A DNA stretch of 64,000 bases from Eledone cirrhosa (GCA_964016885.1 OZ024745.1:73966001-74030000); one strand, 5' to 3'; positions 25,741-41,763 are shown, numbered from the stretch's first letter. Program-made: numbers and translations. Notes: generated by a model from the letters alone, not told the origin.

Positions 25741-28125
25741 CTTTTTTTTTCTTTAAATCCGAGAGAGCATTACCGCCTGGAGCTTTGCTCCTGGTAGAGC
25801 CACCCTAGGCAGGCTAGTCTCTTGGGAAGGTTCCAAACAAACAGTGACCCACGGCATATCAGCGCCCCTTGAAGATGGCAACCCCATCATCCGACTAGTC
25901 TGTGGAGGGCCAACAACTTGCCAAAAGAACCATCAACCTGTTACGAAACCGACTTAGTCATTTCAGAATATACATAATGTTACATTCGTTTTCCGTTTAA
26001 TTCTTGAGTTGTATCCACCTTAGTCGCTTATCTGCAAAATGATCACTGACACACTTCAAATATATTTGCGAATTTATATGAATTTCGCTGTGTCAAAATC
26101 ATGGTTGCTATTTGAGACAATTTGATATATGGGCTGTCGTTAGTCACTGTTTTTGTTATCCATAATGGGTAAATAGATCAACTTGACAAGAATCAAATTT
26201 TAACAGACTTGTATAAACATACTTCATATATATTTGGTCAACTACCCCTAAATATGTTCACAATCAATACTCATGAGGGAACATAGCAGTTGTGATAATT
26301 GATATGTATGTGTGTACTTGGAACTCCTGGTGGAGGTCTAGTGGCGTCGTAGTGATATGCGGCATTTCTCAGGCATTGTTTTTTCAATCTAATGGAGCCC
26401 ATCATCGCTATAAATGTGAAGGAGAGAGGAAGTGATATAGACGAAGAATCAATACCAGTACTGAACTGGTATTTGTTTTTATCAACATAAAAAAAGGAGG
26501 AAAACCAAAGTTGACCTCGGCGGGATTTGAACGCAACATGCAAAGTTGGAACAAAATAATACAAAGCATTTATCCAACGTTCTAATCACTCAGCTATTTC
26601 TCACGCACGCAGACAGACAGTAATATACAAATAAAAACTAGACCAGCAGAATTGTATTCTAAAACGTGCTAATGGCAGCACACACGTTCAAAGATGACTC
26701 CTTAAGGTTTTATGTGTGTATGAAACCTGAAGTTTAATGCTCTTCAAGTTTACTAATTTTGCTCAGAACAGAACTTCATTGTTATAAACACATTCTTGCA
26801 TCTGAAACCCATTCACAAAGCAGATTACTCTCGGGTCTCGAAAAATCCTCCTCCCCCCACGCTTATTAATTTTTCAGATTTTTGCAGTTCCGCCCACACG
26901 CGCTCTTATTCTAGCCCCCCCCCCCCTTATTAAATTTTGCTAATCTATCTTCGTTTTGGTATGTAAAATGTATGCAAATTTCAAGCGTTGATGGCGCAGA
27001 ATGCCCAACAAATGATGTGACTATAGATACCACCCACTACTAATTTCATTTACTATTTTGTTCAATACGATAAACCTTATAAAAATACCCATTCCCCCTG
27101 CGTAAGTTTCTTCTCATCATCAGTATTAAATACATAGTTTTTAACTGATATTTTATATTTTGTTTTATAATTATATTCTCTTCTTCACCCACATTCCTAG
27201 GAGGGTTGTGGGAAAAGAGGTTCAAGTACTCATTCTAGCGGGTCCTATCAAAAGCAACCATCTTCAATTCATCCGGCTGAAACAAAATTTAATGCGAAAG
27301 GTTTGTGATTCAATTTAACATAAAATTGTACGTGACACTGGAAGCAATTTCACTTCTTGATTCCTTTCTATAGTTACGCAAACAAGATCTGCTTACGAAT
27401 GACTATGACCGTTCAGGAGAGAGAGAGAGGGTTAAGAATCATTTAGAACTTTTGAAAACTGAAATGTAATCGTTATGACGCAAATAGCTTCGACGTCCAC
27501 ATCTCCAGTACAGTACCGAAAAAGTGCGTTAACCATTGCGCAAAAACTTCCTGCCCTCTAATTTCGCCTTTTTAGAACATTTAAGCTTGTGGTCAGAACT
27601 GTAAACAGCCGTTTGACTTCGGGGACGTTTATTTATCCACTTTTCCGTCTTCATGGTTAGTTTACACGATTTTCTTTACTATTATATATATTGATATATA
27701 GTAATTTGGGTTGGGTAAACTACGGCTTAAATTAAAATTATCTCGATGCTTCTTAAGTCAACCAGTTGTTTACACTTATAGCTACAGGCACGCAAGTAGT
27801 CCCGTAACTCTCGAGGACGTCGTAGTGGTGCCGTATTGATGGCGTTTCTAGGGCAATTTTAAACTTGGCGAGGCCCATCCCCTCTCCATGTTTGAATACA
27901 GCAGATTTCTTGCAGAGAAGGAGAGTGAGAAAGAAATATAAAGGAAGAATCAACCCCAGTACATTTTTATCGAACTCTAATGGATGAAAGTTAAAGTTGA
28001 TCTCAGTGGGATTTGAACTCGGAGAATAGGAAGCAGAAACGAGTACCGCAAACAATTCTATCCGATGTTCCAATGCCTTAGATACAGACATAAAATCTTC
28101 TAAAACGACGGAATTACTGGTCAGG

Positions 28126-28197
28126 GACGCTTTAGCTTAGTGATTTATGCAATCGCCTAGCATCCAAAAGATGCAGTGTTCGATTCCTCGCAGGTGG
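28126..28197 (+). pseudogene. Degenerate tRNA-like sequence (tRNA pseudogene or SINE head)
   Basis: A-box-like TAGCTTAGTG and B-box GTTCGATTCC at tRNA spacing; the acceptor stem does not pair well. Confidence 0.35.
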
Positions 28198-28371
28198 TTT
28201 CGTCTACCATTTTCTTCGTCTTCAGAGGACTTTTCCTGATTTTTCTCAACTATTTATAGTGACCAAATATTATAATTATTTCCGACTACATTTCAATTAA
28301 CACACACTACATCGGAAGAGGTAGAATTCTTTTCTGTCAACGACACCAATGGTGTTGGAGGGATAAATGAA

Positions 28372-28426
<55 letters not shown>

Positions 28427-29529
28427 TTCAACTTTCATGGTATGATCGATTGTTCTTTTCAGTTCTTTATACACACACATATATATATATTCTGTACGCA
28501 CTCATGTAGACACAGACACAGCAGCGAGGCGTATGTGTAGACACGAGCTTTGCTTTTATTCATGTGTATATGGGAATGATTACTAAAGGTAAAACTAAGA
28601 ATGATATTTGGTTTGTTGAACCACACATAACACAATGGAATGTTAGCAGTATTTTCTCAATTATATGTTGTGTGAAATCTTTTCCCCTATATTTTGTTCA
28701 CACAATGCCAATTCTTGCACAGTAATAGAAAATTCCAATATTTTCACACGTTATTTGATCAGATTAGAATTCTGTGCTGAATAGGAAAATACCAATACAA
28801 TGTAAAGCAAATAAAAATAAGACGCAAAAATAAGTTTGTTGTAGAATGTACTTAGTTTCAAGAAGAAAAAAAGAGACAGTATATGCTTATAATATTAATA
28901 TATTCTATACATATGCATTGATATTGCCTAGATATTGTCAAGAAACAACAAAAAAACAATATTGTTGCCACTGATGAATTGCAAGTAAAAGACTTAGAAA
29001 TTAGGTTGAATTCTATATGAAAATAATGGTTTCTTGTATAAAGTATTACAAGATTTATAGAGAATGAGATTTGGATGTATTGAAATTTGCTTACCCCACT
29101 AATTTTATAGGTAACCTAATAGTTGCAACTGGGATTTGAAACTAAACCGTACACACCAATTGTTAGGAGCGAGCCTCAAATTCCAGCACGGTTATTTTCT
29201 CTATAGCCTAATACCACTGCTAGCCAGTGAATTCAATCAATCAGCTAGAAATCGCAACTAATTCTTCCTCAAATTACACCCTGTAGTTTTTGTTAGACTA
29301 TATTGAAATAACGATAGGATTTTTACAGCTGGAACTTTGTATTCTATGAAACATATGTATACCTGAAAAAGGTCCTTAACTCTTGTTGTATCAGCCTTCC
29401 CATCTATGTACAGGGACAGTTCATTATTGAAAGAAGGGGAGGCACTGTATATCATAAGAATGTTTCGATAGCTTGCAATATGAAATTCTAGTCCTGTAAT
29501 GTATCTGTAGAAATCGATCTAGGCTATAG

Positions 29530-29734
29530 CAGGCATGTCAAACTGTGGGTTCCCCGAGGGCCACATGGGTCCCATTTGTATTGTCTGAGGGCCACACACG
29601 ACAACTAATTGCGCACATTACAACTAATTTTACGAAAATAAAACATGCTGGCGCTGTAAAAACCTTTGTACGGACCGCAGGTGTACATGTAAAGAGCCGC
29701 ATGCGGCCCGCGGGCCGCGTGTTTGATATGCCTG
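29530..29734. mobile_element. hAT (Charlie-like) MITE, 205 bp
   Basis: TIRs CAGGCATGTCAAAC / GTTTGATATGCCTG; perfect 8-bp TSD GGCTATAG at 29522-29529 and 29735-29742. Confidence 0.93.
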
Positions 29735-31936
29735 GGCTATAGTACAGATTACAAGTTCAGTGGATGCTTAAGAAGTAAATAATTTATAACATAGTATAAT
29801 TAAAGATTTATCGTTATAAACCTTTGATTATACTTGTATCCTATATATCACTAATCGCTACTTTGTTTCCCTATGGTCTGTTTAGTTAAAATTAAATACT
29901 TAATTGAAATTAACCAAATATTAAACGTCCTTTTCCCAGTCTCTAACCACTATACTGAATCTTTCCTTCCCAACACATCACCCCCGGAGATCCCCACCTT
30001 CTCTATGTTCTTCATATAGCCGTTACCTTGTATTCTTTCAAAAACCTCAACCACATCGCTTTTGTCAGTCTCAGAGGACCTGCAAAGGTTCTAAGCGCAG
30101 AAAAGAAACAATATTATAGAACTTTAAGTTTGATCGCGTTGTATAACGCCGTTCACTGTCCGTTTACTTGTTTGACAGAAAAACGAATTTCTTTTCACAT
30201 AGTAAAGCTTAATTACCGTTAAAAGAGGCCCGATTGGAATTAGATGTAATCAGCAGGAATATGAGATAATACAGTCATCTGGCATTAGAATACGTGACAT
30301 CACTAAATAATAAAAGAGTACAGTAGCACAGTGACATATATCTAGCCGATTATCTCAACCTTTAACTATATATTTAGAAATTGTTTTGCTAATTCTGGTG
30401 GGATTTCATGTGATAAGGCAGAAGGACGAAGCTAAATATTACAGATTATTTACCTCGGTGTTCAGTAAGTCTTTCCATTCCATCATCTTCACTAATAATA
30501 AATTATATAAAATCCCGACTTTTTATAACAACATATTTAGCACTTTAATTATATTTAAAAAAATTATATCTATATAAAATTGAAATTTTATACATGATGT
30601 TCAACGCAATAGAGTTTTGTTAATTCAATATTTCGTATTCTTTCTGGACAACTGTGATGATAAGGGGAATTGTTGGCAAATTGAATCATCTTTGAAATAT
30701 CCGATTGAAAGCAATTTAATAAATCCTTTAATACGTTTAGGAAATAAAGACGCCACAAGACTCATTTTTTTCCATTTCCTTTTTATACCAAAAGACAGCA
30801 ATATTTTACATTTGTTGCTCCTTATGTTATATTATAATTCTGATAAAAATGTTTGTGCTACAGAATTGATCGTTAGTCAACACGGTATCTATAGACAAAT
30901 TTAAACAATATCTTCACGGACAGAAATAAAAACGTGGCATCAGTGGGACTAGTTTCAATCCTGTGCTGGGATTTAATCAGCAACTGAATGTGCTCTTTAA
31001 CTGTTCACGCAGACACTGCGTATAAATTCTGTATTGTATCTAGTATGGACCCGTAACCCTTGGTAGCGCCATAAGGGTGCTATATTGTGCATTTTAAACA
31101 AGGGAGAGTCCATTTCCTCTCCAGGTCTGAACAAAGCAGATTACCTCCAGAGAAAGAAATATGGAGTAAAAATCGATCCCAGTACTAGACTGGTCATTTT
31201 TTTATCGACCTCGAAAGGATGAAAGGCGAAGTTGACCTCGGCGGGACTTGAACACAGAGAGCAGAGATCCGAAACGAATACAGCAGAGCATTCTATCCGC
31301 CGCCTATTAAATTCGCTATTACTAAGAGCTTAAATAAATCGTATAGACCAATTTTATATATAACGTATTCCTAGTCTAGTTCAATTAATAAAATACTGAT
31401 TCGTTAAGTGTTTTGTCTTAATACTACATTGTTCAACAAAATACTTCGATGTACTTACGTCTGTAGAATATAAGCCTTATATACCTTGACAGTTAAAGAG
31501 AATATTCGGCCTCTAATGATATCGTAGCATATGATTAAAACTAATTCGGTGGAACACTGCTTTTTCTGTTCACGAAGATTTTTTATAGAACGAAACAGTG
31601 TTTTCATTCATATACAATATCATAGATTATTCCTTTAAAAAATCTAAAGATATATTCTTAGTACAGTATAGCACTGAAAACAATATACTGTAAACGTACT
31701 GAGAATTTTTGAAAATATTTTTATCACATCACATCTTCCTTGAAACTGACTTAATCGCATAACGATCAATGTGAGCCAATACATAAATTAATATATATAT
31801 TTATATATATATATTAGGATTGGTGCTCTGAAATAACGATGTATACATGAATGTATGCATAGTATATTTAGCAATATACCGTATGTTTAATCAAAAACAT
31901 TTAGAAGATGGTCTTCTAAATGTTTTTAATTAAATA

Positions 31937-31976
<40 letters not shown>

Positions 31977-34277
31977 CAACTGCTTACCATACCAACTAAC
32001 TTAAAATTGAATTGCAGCCACAACCAGTTTTTGTTGCTTCTTGAAATATACCTGGTAAAACACTTTCAAAGTTAATGCATACCTTTGGGTTCTTCTAAAT
32101 GGCAATGAACCCCACTTTAGATATATAGTTATGCGCAATATTAATGAAATATGATACTGGTTAGCAGTAATATACAGTCAACATTTAATATGATAAATTA
32201 ACTTAACTATCTGCAATAAATTTATTAACACTGATTTAAATATTGTTTTTCATGAAATTTGAGGTCACTGAAATGTTTCTATTTTCATACACTAAACTGA
32301 AAAAATAAATAACTTTATTTAGTATTTGACTTAATTGTATTTTGGCAAGTGCAGTGAAGTCACAATTGTCCCCCGTACTTGCCTAAATAATTAAATTAGT
32401 ATTGGCATGGCATGGTCCCGTAACTGCTAAGAGAGTCGTAGGATTTCCCAGGCATTTTCTAAACTTGGCGGATCCCAATCCTCTCTAGGTCTGAATACAG
32501 TAGATTCTTCCAGAGTAGGAGAGATAATGAGAAAGAGATATAGAGGAAGAATCGACCTAGTAGTTGACTGGTACTTTTCTATCCACCTGAAGCAGCTGAA
32601 ACGAATGGTGCAAAGCATTCTATCTGACTCTCTAATGACTCTGCCAATTCGCCGCCTTAAATTAGTATTAGTTATTGAGTAATTTTAGACTGAACATTTG
32701 AAACTTACATTACTGGCAAAGGTTTCGAAATACCAGTTAATTTGACTTTAAAACTTAATAGATAATTATCTTTTTGTGATAATTGCCGCAATGATGCTAA
32801 TGTTTTTTCTATTTAATACTCGTTAACCAAAGTGCAGACGAGCAATGCTGTCTCTTTGAAACTGAGGTTCAAATTTCTTTATACTATCAGTCATTGCAAA
32901 GTTCGATCTCAGAAACTTAAATAATAAAACTAGAAAATGTAAGCAGTGGAGACTTCTGGTGTCCTTGACCTAAGACCACCTCCCTACTCACCGCCATCGA
33001 CACGGAGTTGGCTACCCGCAGGTGTGAGCATCGCGAGCTGGAATGACTCTTCGAACGCCCCTCCCTCACCATCCTTCGAGAAAACGTCTTCTCTTTTCTG
33101 TCCACCGGTCCCGCGAGGCGGCCAGCGCATGGGCTTCCATTTGCTTACAATAGTGAGAGATGGAAGAGTGAGAGAGAAGGAGGCAGTGAGTAAAAAAAGA
33201 GAGCATGAAAGCGCACACGCAGGTGATAAGAACATTGTTATAAGCACTGCGTTGTATCAGAAAATGTTACACAGGAGTTGCAGATATCAGATTTAACTCC
33301 ACGATTTATTTTAGTATCTGGCAATTCTACAAGTTCCACTGGTAAACAGGCAACACAAGAAACCAAACTCTATTTTTTAAATTATATAATAGAGGCTTGA
33401 TAATATTAGCTTTAATAATACTTGAAAATCGAGAAGTGAACAATTAAATATCCGTTTATGGATATTCTACTCCTAATTGCCTAAACCAAATTTAAGCACT
33501 GATTTCAAAGTTAATTGTTATTGACTACACTATCTTCTATATCCTTCTTCCATTCCTTCTTTCTCGCTCGTTAACTCTTTATCTAAACGATAATCTTAGC
33601 TATTGGGGGAAACTTTAACAGATACGATAAATCTGCTTAAAGAATTCTCGCTGCAAGGCCTCTAATACAAACCAAACTTTTAACTTTATTGGCATTTATT
33701 ACTAAATAATCACCTTAGATCCGTTTTGACAGATAAATCCCTACATATTGTAGCTGTAACTTTCATCGAATACAATTCTCAGTAATATAGTTTTAATTTT
33801 AATGGCTTTGTAGATAAGGTGATTTATTTCTGGATGTTGAATTAATAAGCTACCTTGTGGCCTTGGAGAAATCATCTCATATTACGTACCAAAAGATTTA
33901 TGCAAAATAAAATCATTTTTATAATATAATAGCCAGCATAGGATAGATGGTCGACTCAACAAAATACTGATTTTCATGTTTGTTAGTATTCATATTTAAA
34001 TACTCAGTTAGATTCATTCAGACATCGCGGAACTAACTTTACCTTCGTTCTCTTTAGTAACGACAAAATTATTATCAATTGTTATTGTTGTTGATTATCG
34101 GGTTGGTTCCAGTGATCAAAGATGTTCTAGCTATTACGATCTCATTCTTCTTACTGACAGTGAGTATGTAGACCTGCATTTGTGCAATGTGCTCTTCTCT
34201 TCGCAAACGGTAGAACATTATTTGAGTGTCGAATTTAATCTGGCTGCTATTTCAAAGGGGTCGTGTGATCCCGTAAA

Positions 34278-34440
34278 AGGCGGCAAATTGACAGAGCCAT
34301 TAGAACAAACATCGAATAGAATGCTTTTTAGCATTTATTCCGGCTTACTGGGCTCTGATTTTAAAATCTGCCGAGGTCAACTTTGTCTTTCATCCTTTCG
34401 ATGTCGGGTAAAAAAAATAGCAGTCCAGTACTGGGGTCGA
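34278..34440 (+). mobile_element. Nin-domain SINE copy
   Basis: GGCGGCAAATTGACAGAGCCATTAG...GCCGAGGTCAACTTTGTCTTTCATCCTTTCG. Confidence 0.75.
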
Positions 34441-35813
34441 GTCTTCCGCTATATTTCTTTTTCATTTCCTCTCTCTTTCTCTGAGAAATCGGCTATTTCT
34501 ATTTTACTTTTTTACTATTTTACTATTTTACTATTTTACTATTTTACTTTTGTTTTATCTTATTTGTTTTTACATGAGTTAGTAAAACGAGGAAAAGCAA
34601 CCCCTATGGCCCTTTCCATGACTTCCGAGACTTGGTTCAAATGACTGCACTGAATGTATTCTGCTAAAGATACCTAACGGCAGATGGTAGTGCTAAACTG
34701 ACCGATGGATTAAATCTTCCATCCAAGAACAACACGGTCACTCTGACGGTCGTTCATATTTCACTCAAAAGTGTTCGATTGATCTGAGAATATAGCGGAT
34801 TGCTCCGACCTACGGTGCCGTATAGTGAGATTAAACACAAAAATACCTATTTAAAAAGTTGACATCTTAACTTCTTAGCACGGTTAGTGTCAGAAAGACT
34901 GCCTCCTCGCAGTATGGTATATACCTGTAAGGTAGCGGTACCATATTAACAGAAGACGTTTCTAAGAGAATTTAAAACCTGGTGGAGCCCAGGTAGGGAA
35001 AAAGTGATATAGTAAAAGAATCGACCCCAGTTCTAGACTCGTACTTTTTTATAGACTTCGAATGAATGAAAAAAAAAGTTGAGCTCGACGTTATTTGAAC
35101 AGAGAGAGCAGAGAGCCCGAATTAATACTGCAAAGCATTCTATTTGACGTTCGAATGAATCAGCCAATTCGTTTCAAATCTCTTCATTCCGGGTTACATT
35201 TGTCTTTTAGCCTTCCGTGTTCAAGTAAATTCATGTTCATTCTCCTCTGCTTCTGTCTATTTGTCTGTGTTAGTCTATCCGTTTCTCGTTCGCCCCTTCC
35301 ACCCTCTTAACCTATCTTTCTATTTTTCTCCCTCTTTCCCTTTGAGGGGAATAGGCTAGGTTACACCTGGAGAAGGATCGTTGCAGACCAACCAGAATGG
35401 AAAAAAGACTGAGCGAAAATCTAGCAATCTCTTTCTATGGAAATGTGATATGCTACACTCTAGCAGCTACAGAAACTACTCAAGGACAGTCCGACGTGAA
35501 GAAAGAAACTGTTAAAACAGCTGAAAGACAAACAAATAACAATAACAAAATTTGTAGCCACGAGTAAATGAAATGGTTAAGTGCAGATACTTCAAAAAGA
35601 AATCTTGAAAAAGTTTGTTTACGATGTCTAATAATCTTTATTTATTGGTATATTTTATATTTCAAGATAATATTTGCTTACTGAACGTATAAGAAGGATA
35701 TAAAGAGAGATGATGTTATAAACAGTAAAATGTTCACATGTTATATTTTACAGACTTTGCGAAATAGAAAAGTTATCAGACACGATATATATATACACAC
35801 ACACTCACACACT

Positions 35814-35863
<50 letters not shown>

Positions 35864-37885
35864 CATACACATATGCACAAACATATAAATATGTGTCTGT
35901 GTACGTATGTTATATATATAAGTATATATAAATATGTGTATATATATATACATATGCATATATATATATACACACACATACAAATATGTGTCTGTGTGTG
36001 TCTATATTAAGTGTAGGTGTATGTTACATGAGTATGTTGCACACCTATGCATACACATATAAATGTGTATGTGTGTGTGTCTATATGTAAACGTACCTGT
36101 ACGTTTCATATATATATATATATATATATAATATTCCACACTGTAACAGAAAATGAGAAGTTTTCATTTCCAAATCTTGGGATCATCTTCCAATCCAATT
36201 GGCGAAAATGTTTGTTGAAGTCGTATCATATTATAAATTTTGTTACTTTTTAGTTCTTTGTTATTTACAACTGTCAAACAGATGGAAAGGTTCTTTCGAT
36301 ATGACTTACTTTGCAGTTTATTTTGATCAACACCACGACGAAACTTTACAATTTTTCCTTCTTCTGTAAAGTCTTTGTCAAGTAATAGATAAAACAACGA
36401 ACGGCCACCAAGTAATAACCTCTTGACACTAATCGGAGATAACACCAAATATTCTATAAATCATTAATAGCGCAACAGAGTTGTAAAGAATACGCTACCA
36501 TTTTGGTAGCAATCTATAATGAACGCTATTGCTGCAGTCAAGCGTATTTTGGTGGAGCTGGGCGGAGAGTAAATCTCTGTTCATTTCATTTTCCAAATAT
36601 ACATTTATCTCTTTCTATTTTCTAAAACTCTTGTTCTCTTTATTAGCCTCAACTGAGTTCCTGTTTTAGTCTTTGCCCCCCCCCCCCCGCCCCCCACACA
36701 CTCACACTTTCTTTCTTCTGAAATGAAATTACTAGAGCAGTTGAGTTAATACAGTATTTAGATGCATACCGAGGGTCATTGAGACTGCGATATATCTATG
36801 GTCAAACCATTTAAATTCCAGTGAACTGGTCCAGCTAGCTATAAATTGTTGCCATGCAAAAATAATAAATTCCATCGGGTAGCGGATCATTGTATAACTG
36901 GGGGGTATTTTATTAGTTAGCAGTACTGAACTTAAATCCAATTCCTTCCATGAAAATAGTTTTTTTTTCGTACAGTTATTAATCATTCTCCGACCCCTTT
37001 CTGTGGTGATGGAAGTAGTAGTAGTAACAGCAGCAGTAGCAGGAGTAGTAGTAGTTGTAGTAGAACTAGTAGTAATATTAGTAATGATAATTTCTTTGGT
37101 TTATCTCTCTCTTTTTCGTTTTTCTTTTCTTTGTTCCCATGAAATTGCTTTTAAATCGCCTCTACAATCAAACCGTTTTACTATTTTACATTGATAAGTT
37201 TACAATAAATCTATATTTTTGTTTAAATAACTAATACTTAAATAATACTAACGTGCATGTACATTTCTACTTATTTTCCTAAGTATGCACATACATGAAT
37301 ACATAATCATTAAAATATATAATCATGCATTTATACCTAGATGCATTCATAGTTTCACATATATTACATAAACTATGTACGTTGTACAGCTAGTTTCTCA
37401 GAGAAAGAATCACATTATGATGAAAATATGAATCTTAATAAATAACCACGAAATAAAACCAATATTTGTTACAATAAAATCTTTAAAAATAAATTTAACA
37501 CCCACTGGTATATATTAATCCCTTCTTAATTAATACTGTTACTCTGACTCCTCTCGACAAACCAATTGAAGAAAACGAACAGCAAATACACAAATGTTTA
37601 GATGCAGCTATACATATAATCACTTTAATAAACACTCGGTGTTTTTAACTGATACACACATACCGATTCATATATAAAATTATTTAACACATTTCTCAGG
37701 AAATGTCAACTATCTCGAAGAAAATATATTAGATATGAAATTATTTAAAGTTGTATCTATTATATGAACATACAAAATTTATAATTACTGCATACTTTCT
37801 TGTTTATATTGTCGGTAGGTGTCTGTGTGTGTAGCAGTTAGATTTATTTTCCGCCTTAAGAAATTTTGGCTTGATCTTGCTATAT

Positions 37886-37989
<104 letters not shown>

Positions 37990-37990
37990 T

Positions 37991-38027
<37 letters not shown>

Positions 38028-38084
38028 TTATATATATATATATTTATATATATATTTATATATATATATATTTATATATATATT

Positions 38085-38217
<133 letters not shown>

Positions 38218-38300
38218 ATATTTATATTTATATATATATTTATATATATATTTATATATATATTTATATATATATTTATATATATATTTATATATATATT

Positions 38301-38367
<67 letters not shown>

Positions 38368-38412
38368 ATATTTATATATATATTTATATATATATATATT
38401 TATATATATATT

Positions 38413-38465
<53 letters not shown>

Positions 38466-38466
38466 T

Positions 38467-38519
<53 letters not shown>

Positions 38520-38560
38520 TTATATATATATTCATATATATATATATTTATATATATATT

Positions 38561-38591
<31 letters not shown>

Positions 38592-38672
38592 ATTTATATA
38601 TATATTTATATATATATATATTTATATATATATTTATATATATATTTATATATATATATATTTATATATATT

Positions 38673-38704
<32 letters not shown>

Positions 38705-38714
38705 TATATATATT

Positions 38715-38746
<32 letters not shown>

Positions 38747-38860
38747 TATATATATTTATATATATATTTATATATATATATATATTTATAAATATATTTA
38801 TATATATATTTATATATATATATATTTATATATATATATATTTATATATATATATATGTT

Positions 38861-38891
<31 letters not shown>

Positions 38892-39102
38892 ATTTATATA
38901 TATATATATTTATATATATTTATATTTATATATATATATATTTATATACATATATATTTATATATATATATTTATATACATATATATTTATATATATATA
39001 TTTATATACATATATATTTATATATATATATTTATATATATATATATATTTATATATATTTATATATATATATTTATATATATATATTTATATATATATA
39101 TT

Positions 39103-39135
<33 letters not shown>

Positions 39136-39148
39136 ATATACATATATT

Positions 39149-39181
<33 letters not shown>

Positions 39182-39264
39182 ATATATATATTTATATATA
39201 TATATATATTTATATATATCTATATATATATATATTTATATATATATATTTATATATATATATT

Positions 39265-39298
<34 letters not shown>

Positions 39299-39699
39299 TA
39301 TATATATATATTTATATATATATGTTTATATATATTTATATATATTTATATAATATATATATTTATATATATATTTCTATATATTTATTTATATATATAT
39401 TTATATATATTTATATATATATATATATATATTTATTTATATATATTTATATTTATATTTATTTATATATATATGTTTATATATATTTATATATATATAT
39501 ATTTATATATATATATATTTATATATATATATATATTTAAAGCATTAAGGATACTATTTATGGTTATCTATATACTAAAACTTTTTATAGTTATATATAT
39601 CTTAAACCCTAAACAGTGAAAGACATTAATTTATTACTACCTTATTACCAGTAAGATAAATAGCTCAATGTAATAACATCAGTCGTCCTACAGAGCAGT

Positions 39700-40088
39700 T
39701 ATATAGAAATCACATGAATCAGAGTTCTGTTCAAACCATTTATTAGCTTACAATTGTTTCGTCCAAACCGAGGTTTGGAGTCTTCGTAGCAATTTTTCAA
39801 TGATTGTTTACATACATGACCTCCTTTCCAACACAAGAGACATCCAGAAACATATGTAAAGATCGATGCACAGTGGGGTGACATCCATTATAATATTATA
39901 ATGGATGTCACCCCACTGTGCATCGATATATACATATGTTTCTGGATGTCTCATGTGTTGGAAAGGAGGTCATGTATGTAAACAATCATTGAAAAATTGC
40001 TACGAAGACTCCAAACCTCGGTTTGGACGAAACAATTGTAACCTAATAAATGGTTTGAACAGAACTTTGATTCATGTGATTTCTCTAT
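39700..40088. mobile_element. Spacerless palindrome (~195 bp arms) with a degenerate HHR in each arm
   Basis: Centre CATCCATTATAAT|ATTATAATGGATG at 39894/39895. Right arm: GCT-ACGAAGA-c-TCCAAAC-CTCG-GTTTGGA-c-GAAA-CAATTG-TA (39999-40040). Confidence 0.85.
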
Positions 40089-40149
40089 ATATTTATATAT
40101 ATATTTATATTTATATATTTATATATTTATATATATATATTTATATATT

Positions 40150-40180
<31 letters not shown>

Positions 40181-40197
40181 ATATATTTATATATATT

Positions 40198-40364
<167 letters not shown>

Positions 40365-40405
40365 ATATATATTTATATGTATATTTATATATATATATGT
40401 ATATT

Positions 40406-40460
<55 letters not shown>

Positions 40461-40667
40461 ATATATATATTTATTTATATATATCTATATTTATATATAT
40501 ATATTTATATCTATATTTATATATATATATATTTATATATATATTTATATATATATATATTTATATATATATTTAAATATATATATATTTATATATATAT
40601 TTAAATATATATATATTTATATATATATTTAAATATATATATATTTATATATATATTTATATATATA

Positions 40668-40706
<39 letters not shown>

Positions 40707-40855
40707 CTGTATATATATATATATTTATATATATATATATATATTTATTTATATATATATTTATATATATATTTATATTTATATATATATATATTTAATA
40801 ACGGCGATGAATTAGTTTTGCTAGGGTTTTCATATGAAATCGTGTGTCGAAACAA

Positions 40856-41095
40856 ATATTGTTATACTTGAGGAGGGTCATATTTGTGTAATATTGCCAG
40901 AATTAATAACAGAACAGACTCACTGTTTGGTTGGTTTTCGCATTTCGCTTCTGTATCTTTCATATTGGTAACCTATTAGATTACCGATATAAAAGACACA
41001 GAAGCGAAAAGCGAAAACCAACCAAACAGTGAGTGTGTTCTGTAATTAATTATGGCAATATTACACAAATATGACCCTCCCCAAGTATAACAATA
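40856..41095. repeat. Imperfect palindrome (~120 bp arms)
   Basis: ATATTGTTATACTTG.GGAGGGTCATATTTGTGTAATATTGCC... is mirrored by ...GGCAATATTACACAAATATGACCCTCC.CAAGTATAACAATAT; centre ~40976. Confidence 0.9.
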
Positions 41096-41185
41096 TATAT
41101 ATACATATATATTTATATATACATATATATTTATATATACATATATATTTATATATAAATATATATTTATATATAAATATATATT

Positions 41186-41234
<49 letters not shown>

Positions 41235-41241
41235 ATATATT

Positions 41242-41281
<40 letters not shown>

Positions 41282-41620
41282 AATATATATTTATATATAT
41301 ATATTTATATATATATATATATTTATTTATATATATATGTATATATATATATATTTATTTATATATATATGTATATATATATATTCATATATATATATAT
41401 GTTCATATATGTATATATATTCATATATATATATATATTCATATATATATATATATATATTCATATATATATATATTTATATATATATATATGTATATAT
41501 ATATTATATATATTTATATATATATTCATGTATATATATATTTATATATATATCTATATATATATTTATATATATATTTATATATATATATATATATATA
41601 TACATATATATATTTATATT

Positions 41621-41763
<143 letters not shown>

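Noticed and set aside
39699-40100. Duplicated small Cys-rich ORFs (MSPHCAS...) on opposite strands
   Set aside because: A consequence of the palindrome; no domain or splice support.
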